64,000 nucleotides of DNA, taken from NCBI GenBank assembly GCA_013177855.1, contig JABLYA010000001.1, positions 2,000,983 to 2,064,982 on the forward strand, in the 5' to 3' direction. Under the pieces are notes generated by a model. The model ran no database searches, had not been told where the DNA came from, and worked only from the letters and a program-made list of their open reading frames with translations. The translations under genes were made by a program, and so were the position numbers. Below, in pieces: positions 7,656 to 17,274 of the stretch; the stretch's first letter is position 1; every line of letters begins with the position of its first letter. The stretch is from Ignavibacteria bacterium (GTDB taxonomy: Bacteria; Bacteroidota; Ignavibacteria; Ch128b).

Positions 7656-9314
7656 ATGGAAGAAAAAAATAATTTCGAACAGGTGAATTCATCTCAGGGC
7701 AAGTCAGAAAATTCAAGGAAAACTTGTTTCTGCAAGACCTTAGCTTTTAAGTTATTTATAAGCCTTATCTTTTTATTCATTATAATCTTTTTTATTACAA
7801 CTGTAATTCTCATCGATCAAAACAAAAAGCAGATTTTTGAAATAGTAGAGAAAAATATCATACGAACTGGTGATATTATAAAACGCTCGACAAGATACTC
7901 AATGCTTTTAAACCGAAGAGAAGATGTGTATCAAATAATCAAAACAATAGGGAATGAAGAGGAAGTCGCTGGAATAAAAATCTACAATAAACTCGGAATT
8001 GTCTCTTTTGCACACATTGATACTTTGATTAATCGAAAAGTTGATATGAATTCAGAAGAATGCTCGCCCTGTCATTCTATCAATAATCCCAAACTTTACA
8101 TTACAACCGATGAAAGAATAAGAATATTTCAAAACGAAAAAGGCGAAAGAATCATTGGATTAATTATTCCTATCGAAAATGAACCTGATTGCTGGAATAG
8201 TTCCTGTCACGCCCACAATGAACAGCAAAGAATTCTTGGTGTGATCGATGTTCAAATGTCCCTGAACTCAGTTGATAAAATCATTCAAAAAAATAAAAGC
8301 AGCCTTATCTTTTATTCTATTTTAATTACAATGATTGTTTCCATTTTTAGTGGAATTTTTATCTGGTTAATGGTTCATTTAAGAGTTAAAAATTTAATAA
8401 GAGGCACAAAAGAACTTGCTAAAGGTAATTACAACTTCCGAATAAATTTAAAATCGAATGATGAGCTTGGTGAATTGTCAAAAGATTTCAACTATATGGC
8501 TGAAAATTTAAAGAAAGCTCTCGAAGAGATTAAAGCTTTGAATGAAAATCTTAATATCAAAGTAAAAGAGAAAACTCATCAGCTCAAAGAAATTTATAAT
8601 CATGTTAATCAAATTGAAAGAATTGCATCGCTCGGAAAACTTTCCGCCACGGTTGCTCACGAACTAAATAACCCGCTCGAAGGAATTTTAACTTATTCGA
8701 AACTGATTATAAAAAAACTAAACAACAATGTAACGGACGAAGAAAAGAAAAAAATTATTCAGTATTTAGAATTAATTGCAGCTGAATCAGAAAGATGCGG
8801 GAATATTGTTAAAAACCTGCTTCTCTTTTCGAGATCAGGTGAAACTAAAGTCGCTCAAAATGATCTGATTAACATTATTGAAAGAGGTTTAATGCTTATA
8901 AATCATCACCTCCAGCTTAATAACATTCATCTGATAAAAGACTTTTGCTGCAATTATCTTGAATTCGAATGTGATAAAAATCAAATACAGCAAGCAATCC
9001 TGGCAATTTTAATTAATGCTATTGAAGCAATGCCGGAGGGTGGAACATTAACAGTAAAAGTTACTTGTGATGGAAGCTTGGTATTCATTCAAATTACTGA
9101 TACAGGAGTTGGAATCCCCAAAGAAAATCTAGATAAAATTTTTGAACCATTTTTTTCGACAAAACCGGGTGGAAAAGGAACTGGTCTCGGATTATCAGTT
9201 GTCTATGGTATTGTTAAACAACACAACGGAAAAATTGAAATTCAAAGTGAGGTTAATAAAGGCACTACAGTTACTCTCATTTTTCCTAAAAAAGCAGTTG
9301 CAGAAATGGGATGA
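7656..9314 (+). CDS. Sensor histidine kinase with periplasmic haem-c-binding motifs (CXXCH + CX4CH), HAMP, HisKA, HATPase
   Basis: TM1 at ~aa 33-55. The periplasmic segment contains CSPCH and CWNSSCH. TM2 is followed by a HAMP region, an H-box ([15 protein letters not shown]) and G-boxes (DTGVGIP, GTGLGLS). ATG at 7656 is preferred over the GTG at 7653 because of the RBS gaggagagg. Confidence 0.8.
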   Translation: MEEKNNFEQVNSSQGKSENSRKTCFCKTLAFKLFISLIFLFIIIFFITTVILIDQNKKQIFEIVEKNIIRTGDIIKRSTRYSMLLNRREDVYQIIKTIGNEEEVAGIKIYNKLGIVSFAHIDTLINRKVDMNSEECSPCHSINNPKLYITTDERIRIFQNEKGERIIGLIIPIENEPDCWNSSCHAHNEQQRILGVIDVQMSLNSVDKIIQKNKSSLIFYSILITMIVSIFSGIFIWLMVHLRVKNLIRGTKELAKGNYNFRINLKSNDELGELSKDFNYMAENLKKALEEIKALNENLNIKVKEKTHQLKEIYNHVNQIERIASLGKLSATVAHELNNPLEGILTYSKLIIKKLNNNVTDEEKKKIIQYLELIAAESERCGNIVKNLLLFSRSGETKVAQNDLINIIERGLMLINHHLQLNNIHLIKDFCCNYLEFECDKNQIQQAILAILINAIEAMPEGGTLTVKVTCDGSLVFIQITDTGVGIPKENLDKIFEPFFSTKPGGKGTGLGLSVVYGIVKQHNGKIEIQSEVNKGTTVTLIFPKKAVAEMG

Positions 9315-9323
9315 GGTAAAATT

Positions 9324-10667
9324 ATGAATAATTCAGATGTAAAAATTTTAATTGTTGATGATGAACAAATTGTCAGAGAATCTCTCACTCACTGGTTTGA
9401 AGAAGATGGTTATCAGGTAAGCTCTGCTGCCGATGCGTTCGATGTGTTGAAAGATCTTCATCCAGGCAAGTATGATATTATGCTGGTCGATATTAAGATG
9501 CCAAAGATGAGTGGATTGGAACTGCTTGAAAAAGTTAAAGAAATTGATCCCGATTGCATTGTAATAATTATCACTGCCTATGCTTCAGTACCTTCTGCAG
9601 TTCAAGCTTTGAAGAATGGCGCTTTTGATTATGTAACCAAACCAATTGATCCAGATGAACTATCGCACCTGATAAAAAATGCAATCAAACAAAAAAAGTT
9701 GAAAGAGGAGAATGTTGCACTTAAAGCAAGCATTGATGAAATGTTCAGTTTTGAAGGATTGATTGGTGAAAGTCCCGAGATGAAAAAAGTTTTCGAATTG
9801 ATAAAAATTGTTGCACCACAGGATACAACTGTTATGATTCGAGGAGAAAGCGGAACAGGGAAAGAATTAATTGCTCGTGCAATTCATATGAATTCACCAA
9901 GGAGGTATTATCCCATAATTCCGGTTAATTGCGGTGCATTTACAGAGACACTTCTTGAAAGCGAACTTTTTGGACACGAGAAGGGAGCTTTTACAGGTGC
10001 TCAATACCGCAGAAAAGGTAAAATTGAAATGGCAAACGGTGGGACACTTTTTCTGGATGAAGTCGGAAGTGTCTCTCAAAAAATGCAGGTAGAATTACTT
10101 CGTGTACTTGAAACAAAACAATTCACTCGTGTTGGTGGAACTGAGATTGTAAAAGTAGATTTCCGATTAATCTCTGCAACAAACGAAAATCTTGAAAGAC
10201 TTGTTGAAGAAGGAAAATTTAGAGAGGATTTGTATTACCGTTTGAATGTTTTTACAATTTATGTCCCGCCGCTCAGGGAGAGAAGAAGTGATATACCTGT
10301 CCTTGCAAATTATTTTGTTCAGAAATTTGCCCGACAGATGAATAAACCAATCTTGAAAATTTCAGATGAAGCGATGGAAATACTTTTGAATCATTCCTGG
10401 CCTGGAAATGTTCGTGAACTTGAAAACGCAATTGAAAGAGCAATGGTAGTTGGAAAACCACCTGAAATAAAACCTTCCGATTTGCCTTTCCACTTAGAAA
10501 AAGTTAATTCGTTTGAGAGTGATTCCCTTGAAGAGGTAGAGAAAAAACACATCCAGAGAGTGCTGAGTAAATATGACTGGAATATCTCAAAAGCGGCTCA
10601 AGCATTAAACATTGATCGAGTAACCCTGTACAATAAAATCAAAAAGTATGGCTTACAGAAAAATTAA
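9324..10667 (+). CDS. Sigma54-dependent response regulator (NtrC/AtoC family): receiver + AAA+ sigma54-activation + HTH
   Basis: Receiver (ILIVDDE, D at DIKMP), Walker A (GESGTGKE), GAFTGA motif, Arg-finger region, and a C-terminal Fis-type HTH. RBS gaggtaaa precedes the start. Confidence 0.9.
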   Translation: MNNSDVKILIVDDEQIVRESLTHWFEEDGYQVSSAADAFDVLKDLHPGKYDIMLVDIKMPKMSGLELLEKVKEIDPDCIVIIITAYASVPSAVQALKNGAFDYVTKPIDPDELSHLIKNAIKQKKLKEENVALKASIDEMFSFEGLIGESPEMKKVFELIKIVAPQDTTVMIRGESGTGKELIARAIHMNSPRRYYPIIPVNCGAFTETLLESELFGHEKGAFTGAQYRRKGKIEMANGGTLFLDEVGSVSQKMQVELLRVLETKQFTRVGGTEIVKVDFRLISATNENLERLVEEGKFREDLYYRLNVFTIYVPPLRERRSDIPVLANYFVQKFARQMNKPILKISDEAMEILLNHSWPGNVRELENAIERAMVVGKPPEIKPSDLPFHLEKVNSFESDSLEEVEKKHIQRVLSKYDWNISKAAQALNIDRVTLYNKIKKYGLQKN

Positions 10668-10670
10668 TTT

Positions 10671-11195
10671 ATGGATCAAGCCGCTCTAATTTTATTAAAT
10701 TTTAATGCTGTCTCACTTTACGATAAAATTACAAATAACCTTAAACAACATTTCAACTTAAATTCAAGAACAATTATCCCGGATATTGATTTAAGAAAAT
10801 TTTATTCAGAAGAACGTGATCAATATTATTCGACAAAGTTAATTGAGTATGCACTCTTAAATTATTCAGAATTTAAGAAGATTTTAATGATTACCGACTT
10901 CGACCTTTATGTTCCAGTCTTGACATTTGTTTTTGGTGAGGCTCAATTAAATGGAAAAGCGGCTATTGTATCAGCACACAGACTCTATCCTGAATTCTAT
11001 GGTTTACCACCTAATGATGAGCTGTTTATATCAAGATTGATAAAAGAAATAAATCACGAACTTGGGCATACCTATGGTTTGCGTCACTGCTTCAATTTCG
11101 AATGCGTAATGCATTCTTCGTCAAATGTTGATGAAATCGATATAAAGTCTGAAAACTTTTGTAATAAATGTTTGGAAAAACTTAATCTCTTTTGA
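10671..11195 (+). CDS. amzA: Archaemetzincin-family zinc metallopeptidase (M54)
   Basis: HELGHTYGLRHCFNFECVMH-x16-CNKC matches the archaemetzincin signature HExxHxxGxxHCx4CxMx17CxxC. It starts 4 nt after the RR stop. Confidence 0.7.
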   Translation: MDQAALILLNFNAVSLYDKITNNLKQHFNLNSRTIIPDIDLRKFYSEERDQYYSTKLIEYALLNYSEFKKILMITDFDLYVPVLTFVFGEAQLNGKAAIVSAHRLYPEFYGLPPNDELFISRLIKEINHELGHTYGLRHCFNFECVMHSSSNVDEIDIKSENFCNKCLEKLNLF

Positions 11196-11204
11196 GTGGA
11201 TCAT

Positions 11205-11915
11205 CCCGAAGCTTTGCGTTCTTTGTATCTTCGCGTTTTAATTCATTTTCAACATTCATTCTTCAATAATATCATCCCTTCGAAATTTTAATTTTTTGGT
11301 TGTATTTTCATTCCTATAATAATTTCATCCCTTCGGGATTTTATTTTTTTTGTTGCATTTTCATTTCTATAATAATTTCATCCTTTCAGGATTTTTTGAG
11401 TGATAGATATAACTTCTTTCCAAAATTAACATATCTAATCTTTGCGAACCTTTGCGTTCTCTGCGTCTTTGCGTTTGAAAGAATTTTAGACTTTAATTCT
11501 TCAAAAATTTCATCCCTTCGGAATTTTAATTTTTTGGTTGCATTTTCATTTCTATAATAATTTCATCCTTTCAGGATTTTTTTTGAGTGATAAATAAAAT
11601 TTCTTTCTAAACTAAAAAACTAATCTTTGCGAAACTTTGCGTTCTTTCCGTCTTTGCGTTTGAAAGAATTTTTGACTTTACTTTTTCAATAATGTCATCC
11701 CTTCGGGATTTTAATTTTTTTTGTTGCATTTTCATTTCTATAATAATTTCATCCCTTCGGGATTTTAATCTATTTATTGCTTCTTCATTTCTATAATAAT
11801 TTCTTCCTTTCAGGATTAGACTTTTTGGGGATAAATTTTTTTCAAAAACTAAATCAAATGATCTTTGCGAAACCTTGTGTTCTTTGCGTCTCTGCGTTTG
11901 AAGAATCATTTACAC
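11205..11915. repeat. Intergenic composite repeat array: ~4 degenerate copies of a ~195-230-bp unit, each with a (c)tttgcg-rich block and 2-3 short tetraloop hairpins followed by T-runs
   Basis: tctttgcgaa..ctttgcgttct.tgcgtctttgcgtttgaa blocks begin at ~11213, 11438, 11634 and 11862. Hairpins atcccTTCGggat+tttaatttttt and atcctTTCaggat+tttttt recur 8+ times. ORFs 11300-11557(+) and 11607-11909(-) lie over the repeats and are likely spurious. Confidence 0.8.
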
Positions 11916-11960
11916 TATAATCCACTCAATTCTTTATTTTAGAAAAAAAGGAGTTTAAAA

Positions 11961-12362
11961 ATGGAAATAAATTTACTTGCAGTTCTTGTATGTTCAATCT
12001 TCACTTTCATTTTAGGCGGATTATGGTATTCAAAACTTTTATTTGCTAATCTGTTTATGAAAAATATAAACAAGACCGAAGAAGAACTAAAAAAAGGTGG
12101 AGTTGGTCTTACATTTATTTATGAGTTTATTGCAATTTTAGTAACTAACTATGTTCTTGCTGCCGTTATCCTTTTTGTTGGTGCCGCCGATTTCTGGAGA
12201 GGATTTCAAATTGGAATTATACTCTGGATTGGATTTGTTGCAATGACTCATCTTTCAACGGTTACTTTTGAAAAAAGAAATTTCAATCTCTATTTAATTC
12301 AAATCACCTATCGTTTAATTGCGATTTCAATTTCAGCAGGAATACTTGCAGTCTGGAAATAA
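11961..12362 (+). CDS. Small integral membrane protein (DUF1761-like), hypothetical
   Basis: 133 aa with 3-4 hydrophobic helices. RBS aaggag precedes the start. Confidence 0.5.
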   Translation: MEINLLAVLVCSIFTFILGGLWYSKLLFANLFMKNINKTEEELKKGGVGLTFIYEFIAILVTNYVLAAVILFVGAADFWRGFQIGIILWIGFVAMTHLSTVTFEKRNFNLYLIQITYRLIAISISAGILAVWK

Positions 12363-12378
12363 AAACAGGAGATTAATA

Positions 12379-14406
12379 ATGCGAAAGTTTATCATTTTTT
12401 ACTTAATCATTTCTATTAATTTAATTTTTGCTCAAAGCAAGCGGGCGTTAGAAATTGATGATATGTTTAAGATTAAAAGAATTTCACAAACGACATTATC
12501 GCCTGATGACCGTTACATTGCTTTTGTTGTGACATCATTCAGTATGGAAGAGAATAAAGGGACAAGTGATATCTGGATTCTTGATTTAAAAACTGGTGAA
12601 CAAAAAAATCTAACAAACTCACCATATTCAGAAAGTTCACCTGTATGGTTTCCTGACTCAAAAACTCTAGCATTTGTCTCGATGAAAACTGGTACACCAC
12701 AGATTTTCAAAATGAATGTTGAAACTCAATCAGAGCCAGAACAATTAACAAATCTTTCAACAGGAGCAACTGGTCCAGTTGTTTCAATTGATGGCAAAAA
12801 AATACTTTTTGTTTCTGAAGTCTATCCAGATTGTCTTAATGATGATTGTAACAAAGAAAAAGAAGAGGCAAAAGAGAAAAGTAAAGTTAAAGCCAGAATA
12901 ATTACGGAATTAATGTATCGTCACTGGGATTCCTGGAGAGATGAAAAACGAAGTCATCTCTTCTTGCTTGATCTACAGACTAAAGAAATAAAAGATATCA
13001 CTGAAGGCAGTCAATACGATTGTCCGCCAATCGCGCTTGGTGGAAAACTTGACTATGTGTTTTCACCAGATGGAAAAGAAATTTGTTATGTAACCAATAC
13101 AGATAAGATGTTGGCAATTTCAACTAATAACGATTTGTGGATCTCAACCCTTGATGGTAAGGTGAAACGAAAAATAACAACAAACAGAGGAAATGATAAT
13201 CAACCAGTTTATTCTCCAAACGGAAAATTTATTGCATATAGACAGATGGCAAGACCAGGATTTGAAGCTGACAGACAAACATTAATGCTTTATGATCGTG
13301 AGAAAAATACAATTACAAATCTCACTGAAAATTTTGATCGTTCAGTTGAAGAAGTTTTATGGCTTCCCAATTCAAAGGAAATAATTTTCACGGCTGATAA
13401 TCAGGGCAGAAGAGTTATTTATCACCTCGATATTTCTACAAAGAAAATTACAACACTTTACGATAAACATTGGAATACCGATTTAAATCTTTCAAGCGAT
13501 GGCAGTTTCTTAGTCTTCAATCAAAGCTCTGTTACTCGACCAGTTGATATTTTCAAATTTGATTTAAAGAAAAAGCAATTAACCCAGCTCACTAAATTAA
13601 ATGATGAATTATTATCTCAAATCGAAATGATGCCTCTTGAAGAATTCTGGTCAAAAGGCGCTGATGGTGTGATGGTGCATAGTTTAATGATTAAGCCTCC
13701 ATTTTTTGATCCAAACAAAAAATATCCGATGGTGTTTTTAGTTCATGGTGGTCCTCAGGGTGCCTGGGAAGATTTATGGCATTACAGATGGAATCCAGAA
13801 CTATATGCATCACGCGGTTATGTTGTTGTGATGCCAAATCCGAGAGGAAGTACGGGTTATGGTCAAAAATTTACTGATGAAATAAGCGGCGATTGGGGCG
13901 GAAAAGTTTATAAGGATTTAATGAATGCCTATGACTATGCAATTAAGAATTTCAAATTCATTGATCCGGAAAAAACAGTTGCTGCTGGAGCATCCTATGG
14001 CGGTTATATGATGAACTGGATTGCCACTCAAACAAACCGCTTCAAAGCAATTGTCACTCACGCTGGAGTTTTCAACACAGAAAGTATGTATGGAACAACT
14101 GAAGAATTATGGTTCCCTGAGTGGGAATTTAAAGGAACGCCATGGACTAATAGAAAGCTATATCAGAAATATTCGCCGCATATGTATGTTGATAAAATAA
14201 AAACGCCAATGCTTGTTACTCATGGAGCTTATGATTTTCGCGTACCAGAATCACAAGCCTTTGAGTTGTTTACATCATTGCAGAGACTTGGTGTTCCGTC
14301 CAGATTTGTTTATTTCCCGGATGAAACACACTTTGTTGCAAAACCGCAAAACTTCAAATTATGGATGACGGAAATTTTCAATTGGTTTGAAAAATGGTTG
14401 AAGTGA
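12379..14406 (+). CDS. S9-family serine peptidase (prolyl oligopeptidase/acylaminoacyl-peptidase type) with N-terminal beta-propeller
   Basis: Signal peptide. TolB/PD40-like repeats are present. The C-terminal alpha/beta hydrolase has a GASYGGYM nucleophile elbow plus D...H (HGAYDFRVP). The in-frame ATG at 12379 has RBS aggag. Confidence 0.8.
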   Translation: MRKFIIFYLIISINLIFAQSKRALEIDDMFKIKRISQTTLSPDDRYIAFVVTSFSMEENKGTSDIWILDLKTGEQKNLTNSPYSESSPVWFPDSKTLAFVSMKTGTPQIFKMNVETQSEPEQLTNLSTGATGPVVSIDGKKILFVSEVYPDCLNDDCNKEKEEAKEKSKVKARIITELMYRHWDSWRDEKRSHLFLLDLQTKEIKDITEGSQYDCPPIALGGKLDYVFSPDGKEICYVTNTDKMLAISTNNDLWISTLDGKVKRKITTNRGNDNQPVYSPNGKFIAYRQMARPGFEADRQTLMLYDREKNTITNLTENFDRSVEEVLWLPNSKEIIFTADNQGRRVIYHLDISTKKITTLYDKHWNTDLNLSSDGSFLVFNQSSVTRPVDIFKFDLKKKQLTQLTKLNDELLSQIEMMPLEEFWSKGADGVMVHSLMIKPPFFDPNKKYPMVFLVHGGPQGAWEDLWHYRWNPELYASRGYVVVMPNPRGSTGYGQKFTDEISGDWGGKVYKDLMNAYDYAIKNFKFIDPEKTVAAGASYGGYMMNWIATQTNRFKAIVTHAGVFNTESMYGTTEELWFPEWEFKGTPWTNRKLYQKYSPHMYVDKIKTPMLVTHGAYDFRVPESQAFELFTSLQRLGVPSRFVYFPDETHFVAKPQNFKLWMTEIFNWFEKWLK

Positions 14407-14611
14407 TTTGGTAAATGTTCAAATTATTTTCAAAAGATATTTGATTTTTTAGTTGGTAAAAAAAGTCTTTAGTTGAAGCAGACTCAGAATGAAAATTAAT
14501 TTTTTAAATGTCTTTTTTAGGTCTTCATTATTCCCTAAAAGACCAAAAATCAAAGTTCGAGAATGGTGAATTCAAATTGTTTCCCATTTTAGATTGAAAT
14601 GAAAGTTTTGA

Positions 14612-15919
14612 ATGGTAAAGATTATGAGAAATTCAATTATCATCGTTTTGATTCTTTTTATAACAATTTTAGAAGTTCATTCATCTGATAAACCCAAACT
14701 TCTATGGTTTGATGCGACTGCAAATTTTGAAAGGTTGAGTTACCCAGATTCAATTCAATTTTATTTAAAGAAAGCAAAGGAAACGGGATTCACTGATGTT
14801 GTGCTTGATTTAAAACCAATCACAGGTGAAGTTTTATATCAATCAGAATTTGCTCTGCAAATGAATGAGTGGAATGGTTTCTATCGTAATAGTCAATTTG
14901 ATTTTCCAGCCTATTTTATTTCTGAAGCGAAGAAACTTGGATTAAATGTTTATGCATCAATTAATGTTTTTGTGGCTGGACATAATTTTTTTGATCGCGG
15001 GCTTGTCTATCAGGATAAGTCGCACTGGCAATCAATTAATTACACTGATTCTGGTTTTATTCCAATCACTCAATTAAAGCATAAATATTCAGCAATGACA
15101 AATCCAGTTCATCCAGAAGTTCAAGAGCATGAGTTGAAAATCATTTCAGAGTTAGTCACAAAGTATCCTCAATTTGATGGAATTATTTTAGATCGAGTTC
15201 GTTACGATGGAATTGAAGCAGACTTCAGCGATCTCTCAAAAGAACAGTTTGAGAAATACATAAATCAAAAAATCGAGAATTACCCTGACGATATTTATAG
15301 ATGGTCTAAAAACGAAAAAGGTGAAAAATTTCGTGTTGAAGGAAAACTTTATAAAAAATGGCTTGAATGGAGAGCATCTGTAATCTATAATTTTATGACT
15401 AAAGCAAGAGAAGTCGTAAAACAAATAAATCCCGAAATGAAATTTGGAGTTTACACTGGAGCATGGTATCCAGTTTATTATGAAGTTGGTGTAAACTGGG
15501 CAAGCAAAAAATATGATCCTTCAAAAGAATTTGATTGGGCTACTGCTGATTATAAAAATTATGGCTATGCTGAACTTCTGGATATTTATACAACCGGATG
15601 TTATTTCTTTGAAGTTACAAAAGAGGAAGTTGAAAAGTTGAATGAAGAACTCATTAAGAGAAATGAAGCAGGGATGGGGAAGACAAAAGATTTCTGGTAT
15701 TCAGTAGAAGGTTCAGCTGAGATTGCGAAAAAAGTAATTATGAATGTTGTGCCCGTAATCGGTGGACTTTATGTTGAACAATACAAAAATCACCCTGAAC
15801 AATTCAAACGAGCAATTAAAATGTGTCTCAATAAAACTGATGGACTGATGATTTTTGATTTGGTGCATATTGTAAATTATGGCTGGTGGAATATCTTAGA
15901 GAATGCGATGAAAAACTGA
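14612..15919 (+). CDS. Secreted glycoside-hydrolase-like family 10 (GHL10/DUF187, YngK-like) protein
   Basis: Signal peptide. A TIM-barrel-like region resembles the GHL10 family (recalled from memory; moderate). Confidence 0.4.
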   Translation: MVKIMRNSIIIVLILFITILEVHSSDKPKLLWFDATANFERLSYPDSIQFYLKKAKETGFTDVVLDLKPITGEVLYQSEFALQMNEWNGFYRNSQFDFPAYFISEAKKLGLNVYASINVFVAGHNFFDRGLVYQDKSHWQSINYTDSGFIPITQLKHKYSAMTNPVHPEVQEHELKIISELVTKYPQFDGIILDRVRYDGIEADFSDLSKEQFEKYINQKIENYPDDIYRWSKNEKGEKFRVEGKLYKKWLEWRASVIYNFMTKAREVVKQINPEMKFGVYTGAWYPVYYEVGVNWASKKYDPSKEFDWATADYKNYGYAELLDIYTTGCYFFEVTKEEVEKLNEELIKRNEAGMGKTKDFWYSVEGSAEIAKKVIMNVVPVIGGLYVEQYKNHPEQFKRAIKMCLNKTDGLMIFDLVHIVNYGWWNILENAMKN

Positions 15920-16114
15920 TTAAGAGTAAATTTTATCGATATAGAACTTTCACACTTTTTAATTTACACTTCATTTTGGCTCCTCAAAGATTAAAAATTT
16001 TTAATCTTAATTTAATTCTATTTTAATCTTGCAAATCTATTTTAGTGGTGTAGTTAGTTGAATTAAATGAATGTTCATTAACAAAAACCAAAAACAAAAT
16101 GAGGAGACTCAAAA

Positions 16115-16450
16115 ATGTTAAAACACATCTCAATTCTCGCAGCAATCTTAGTGATTGCATTTTCGTTAAACTCTGTCGTCCTTGCTCAGCAAGAGGGCCA
16201 AAAACAAGTTAAAGCACCAAAGACTGAGGTTAAAAAAGAGGTAAGTAAAGTTCCAGCTCAATCCAAAGTAACTGTTGAGGAAAAAGCCACAGCCACAAAG
16301 AAAGCTGAAGTTAAGAAAACCGAAACTGAAGCCACCCAAAAGGAAGAAATGAAAAAGGCTGAGAAAGAAAAGGCTCCCGAAGTTAAGAAGATGGAGAAAA
16401 CAAAAGTTAAATCAGGAACTAAAGAATCTTCAACCAATCCTAAGAAATAA
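16115..16450 (+). CDS. Small secreted Lys/Glu-rich low-complexity protein, hypothetical
   Basis: Signal peptide MLKHISILAAILVIAFSLNSVVLAQ followed by a KxE/KT-rich ~85 aa. RBS gaggag precedes the start, and a strong terminator follows. Confidence 0.55.
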   Translation: MLKHISILAAILVIAFSLNSVVLAQQEGQKQVKAPKTEVKKEVSKVPAQSKVTVEEKATATKKAEVKKTETEATQKEEMKKAEKEKAPEVKKMEKTKVKSGTKESSTNPKK

Positions 16451-16487
16451 TCTTTTTCAGAAAATGAGTGCCTCCTATTAATTCGAA

Positions 16488-16528
16488 GATTGTCATTCCA
16501 GGTTTTCTGGAATGACAATCTTTTCTTA
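16488..16528 (+). terminator. Rho-independent terminator
   Basis: 13-bp perfect stem gattgtcattcca/tggaatgacaatc with loop ggttttc, then ttttctt. Confidence 0.8.
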
Positions 16529-16602
16529 AAAAAAATTCACTAATTTTAACCAGATTTAAATCCTTAAATATTAGTTGAAATTCAAAATATTTACCTTATA
16601 GA

Positions 16603-17274
16603 ATGAGAATACTTCTTGTTGAAGACGAAAAGAAAGTTGCTTCATTTATTAAAAAAGGACTTGAAGAAGAATATTATACTGTTGATGTTGCGTATGATGG
16701 AAAAGAAGGCAGTAAACTTGCCCTTTCTGAAGAGTATGATTTGATAATTTTAGATTTAATGCTTCCCTATAAAGATGGAATCAATATTTTAAAAGAGATA
16801 CGCGATGCAAAGCTTTCGGTACCTGTGTTAATTTTAACAGCGAAAGGATCAGTTCAAGATAAAGTAACCGGTCTCGATTCTGGCGCGGACGATTATTTGG
16901 CTAAACCATTTTCTTTCGATGAGTTACTTGCAAGAATAAGAGCACTTCTAAGAAGATATTCAACAGAAAAATCTATCTTACTAAAAGCTGATGATTTAAA
17001 GATGGATTTACAATCTCGAAAAGTTTTTAGAGGGAATAAAGAAATTCAATTAACTTCAAAAGAATTTTCTATCCTCGAATATCTATTAAGAAATAAAAAT
17101 CGTATCGTGACAAGGACAAAGTTAATAGAACATATTTATGAATATAATTTTGATCCGGAAACAAATTTAATTGATGTTTACATTAATAAACTTCGAAACA
17201 AAATTGATAAAGGATTTGATAAACAACTAATACACACAATTCGCGGCGCGGGTTATATACTAAAAGATGATTAA
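16603..17274 (+). CDS. OmpR-family response regulator (receiver + winged-helix)
   Basis: MRILLVEDE...D(LMLP)...K, and a C-terminal trans_reg_C region (LTSKEFSILEYLLRN..., RGAGYIL). Confidence 0.9.
   Translation: MRILLVEDEKKVASFIKKGLEEEYYTVDVAYDGKEGSKLALSEEYDLIILDLMLPYKDGINILKEIRDAKLSVPVLILTAKGSVQDKVTGLDSGADDYLAKPFSFDELLARIRALLRRYSTEKSILLKADDLKMDLQSRKVFRGNKEIQLTSKEFSILEYLLRNKNRIVTRTKLIEHIYEYNFDPETNLIDVYINKLRNKIDKGFDKQLIHTIRGAGYILKDD

Noticed and set aside
9142-9327. 61-aa + strand ORF overlapping the kinase 3' end
   Set aside because: It is an alternate frame inside the well-supported histidine-kinase ATPase domain.
11205-11915. CRISPR array or protein-coding ORFs (11300-11557 +, 11607-11909 -)
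   Set aside because: The repeat units are long (~200 bp), composite and degenerate, with no unique spacers. The ORFs lie entirely within the repeats and encode low-complexity I/F-rich or K-rich peptides without an RBS. They are treated as spurious.
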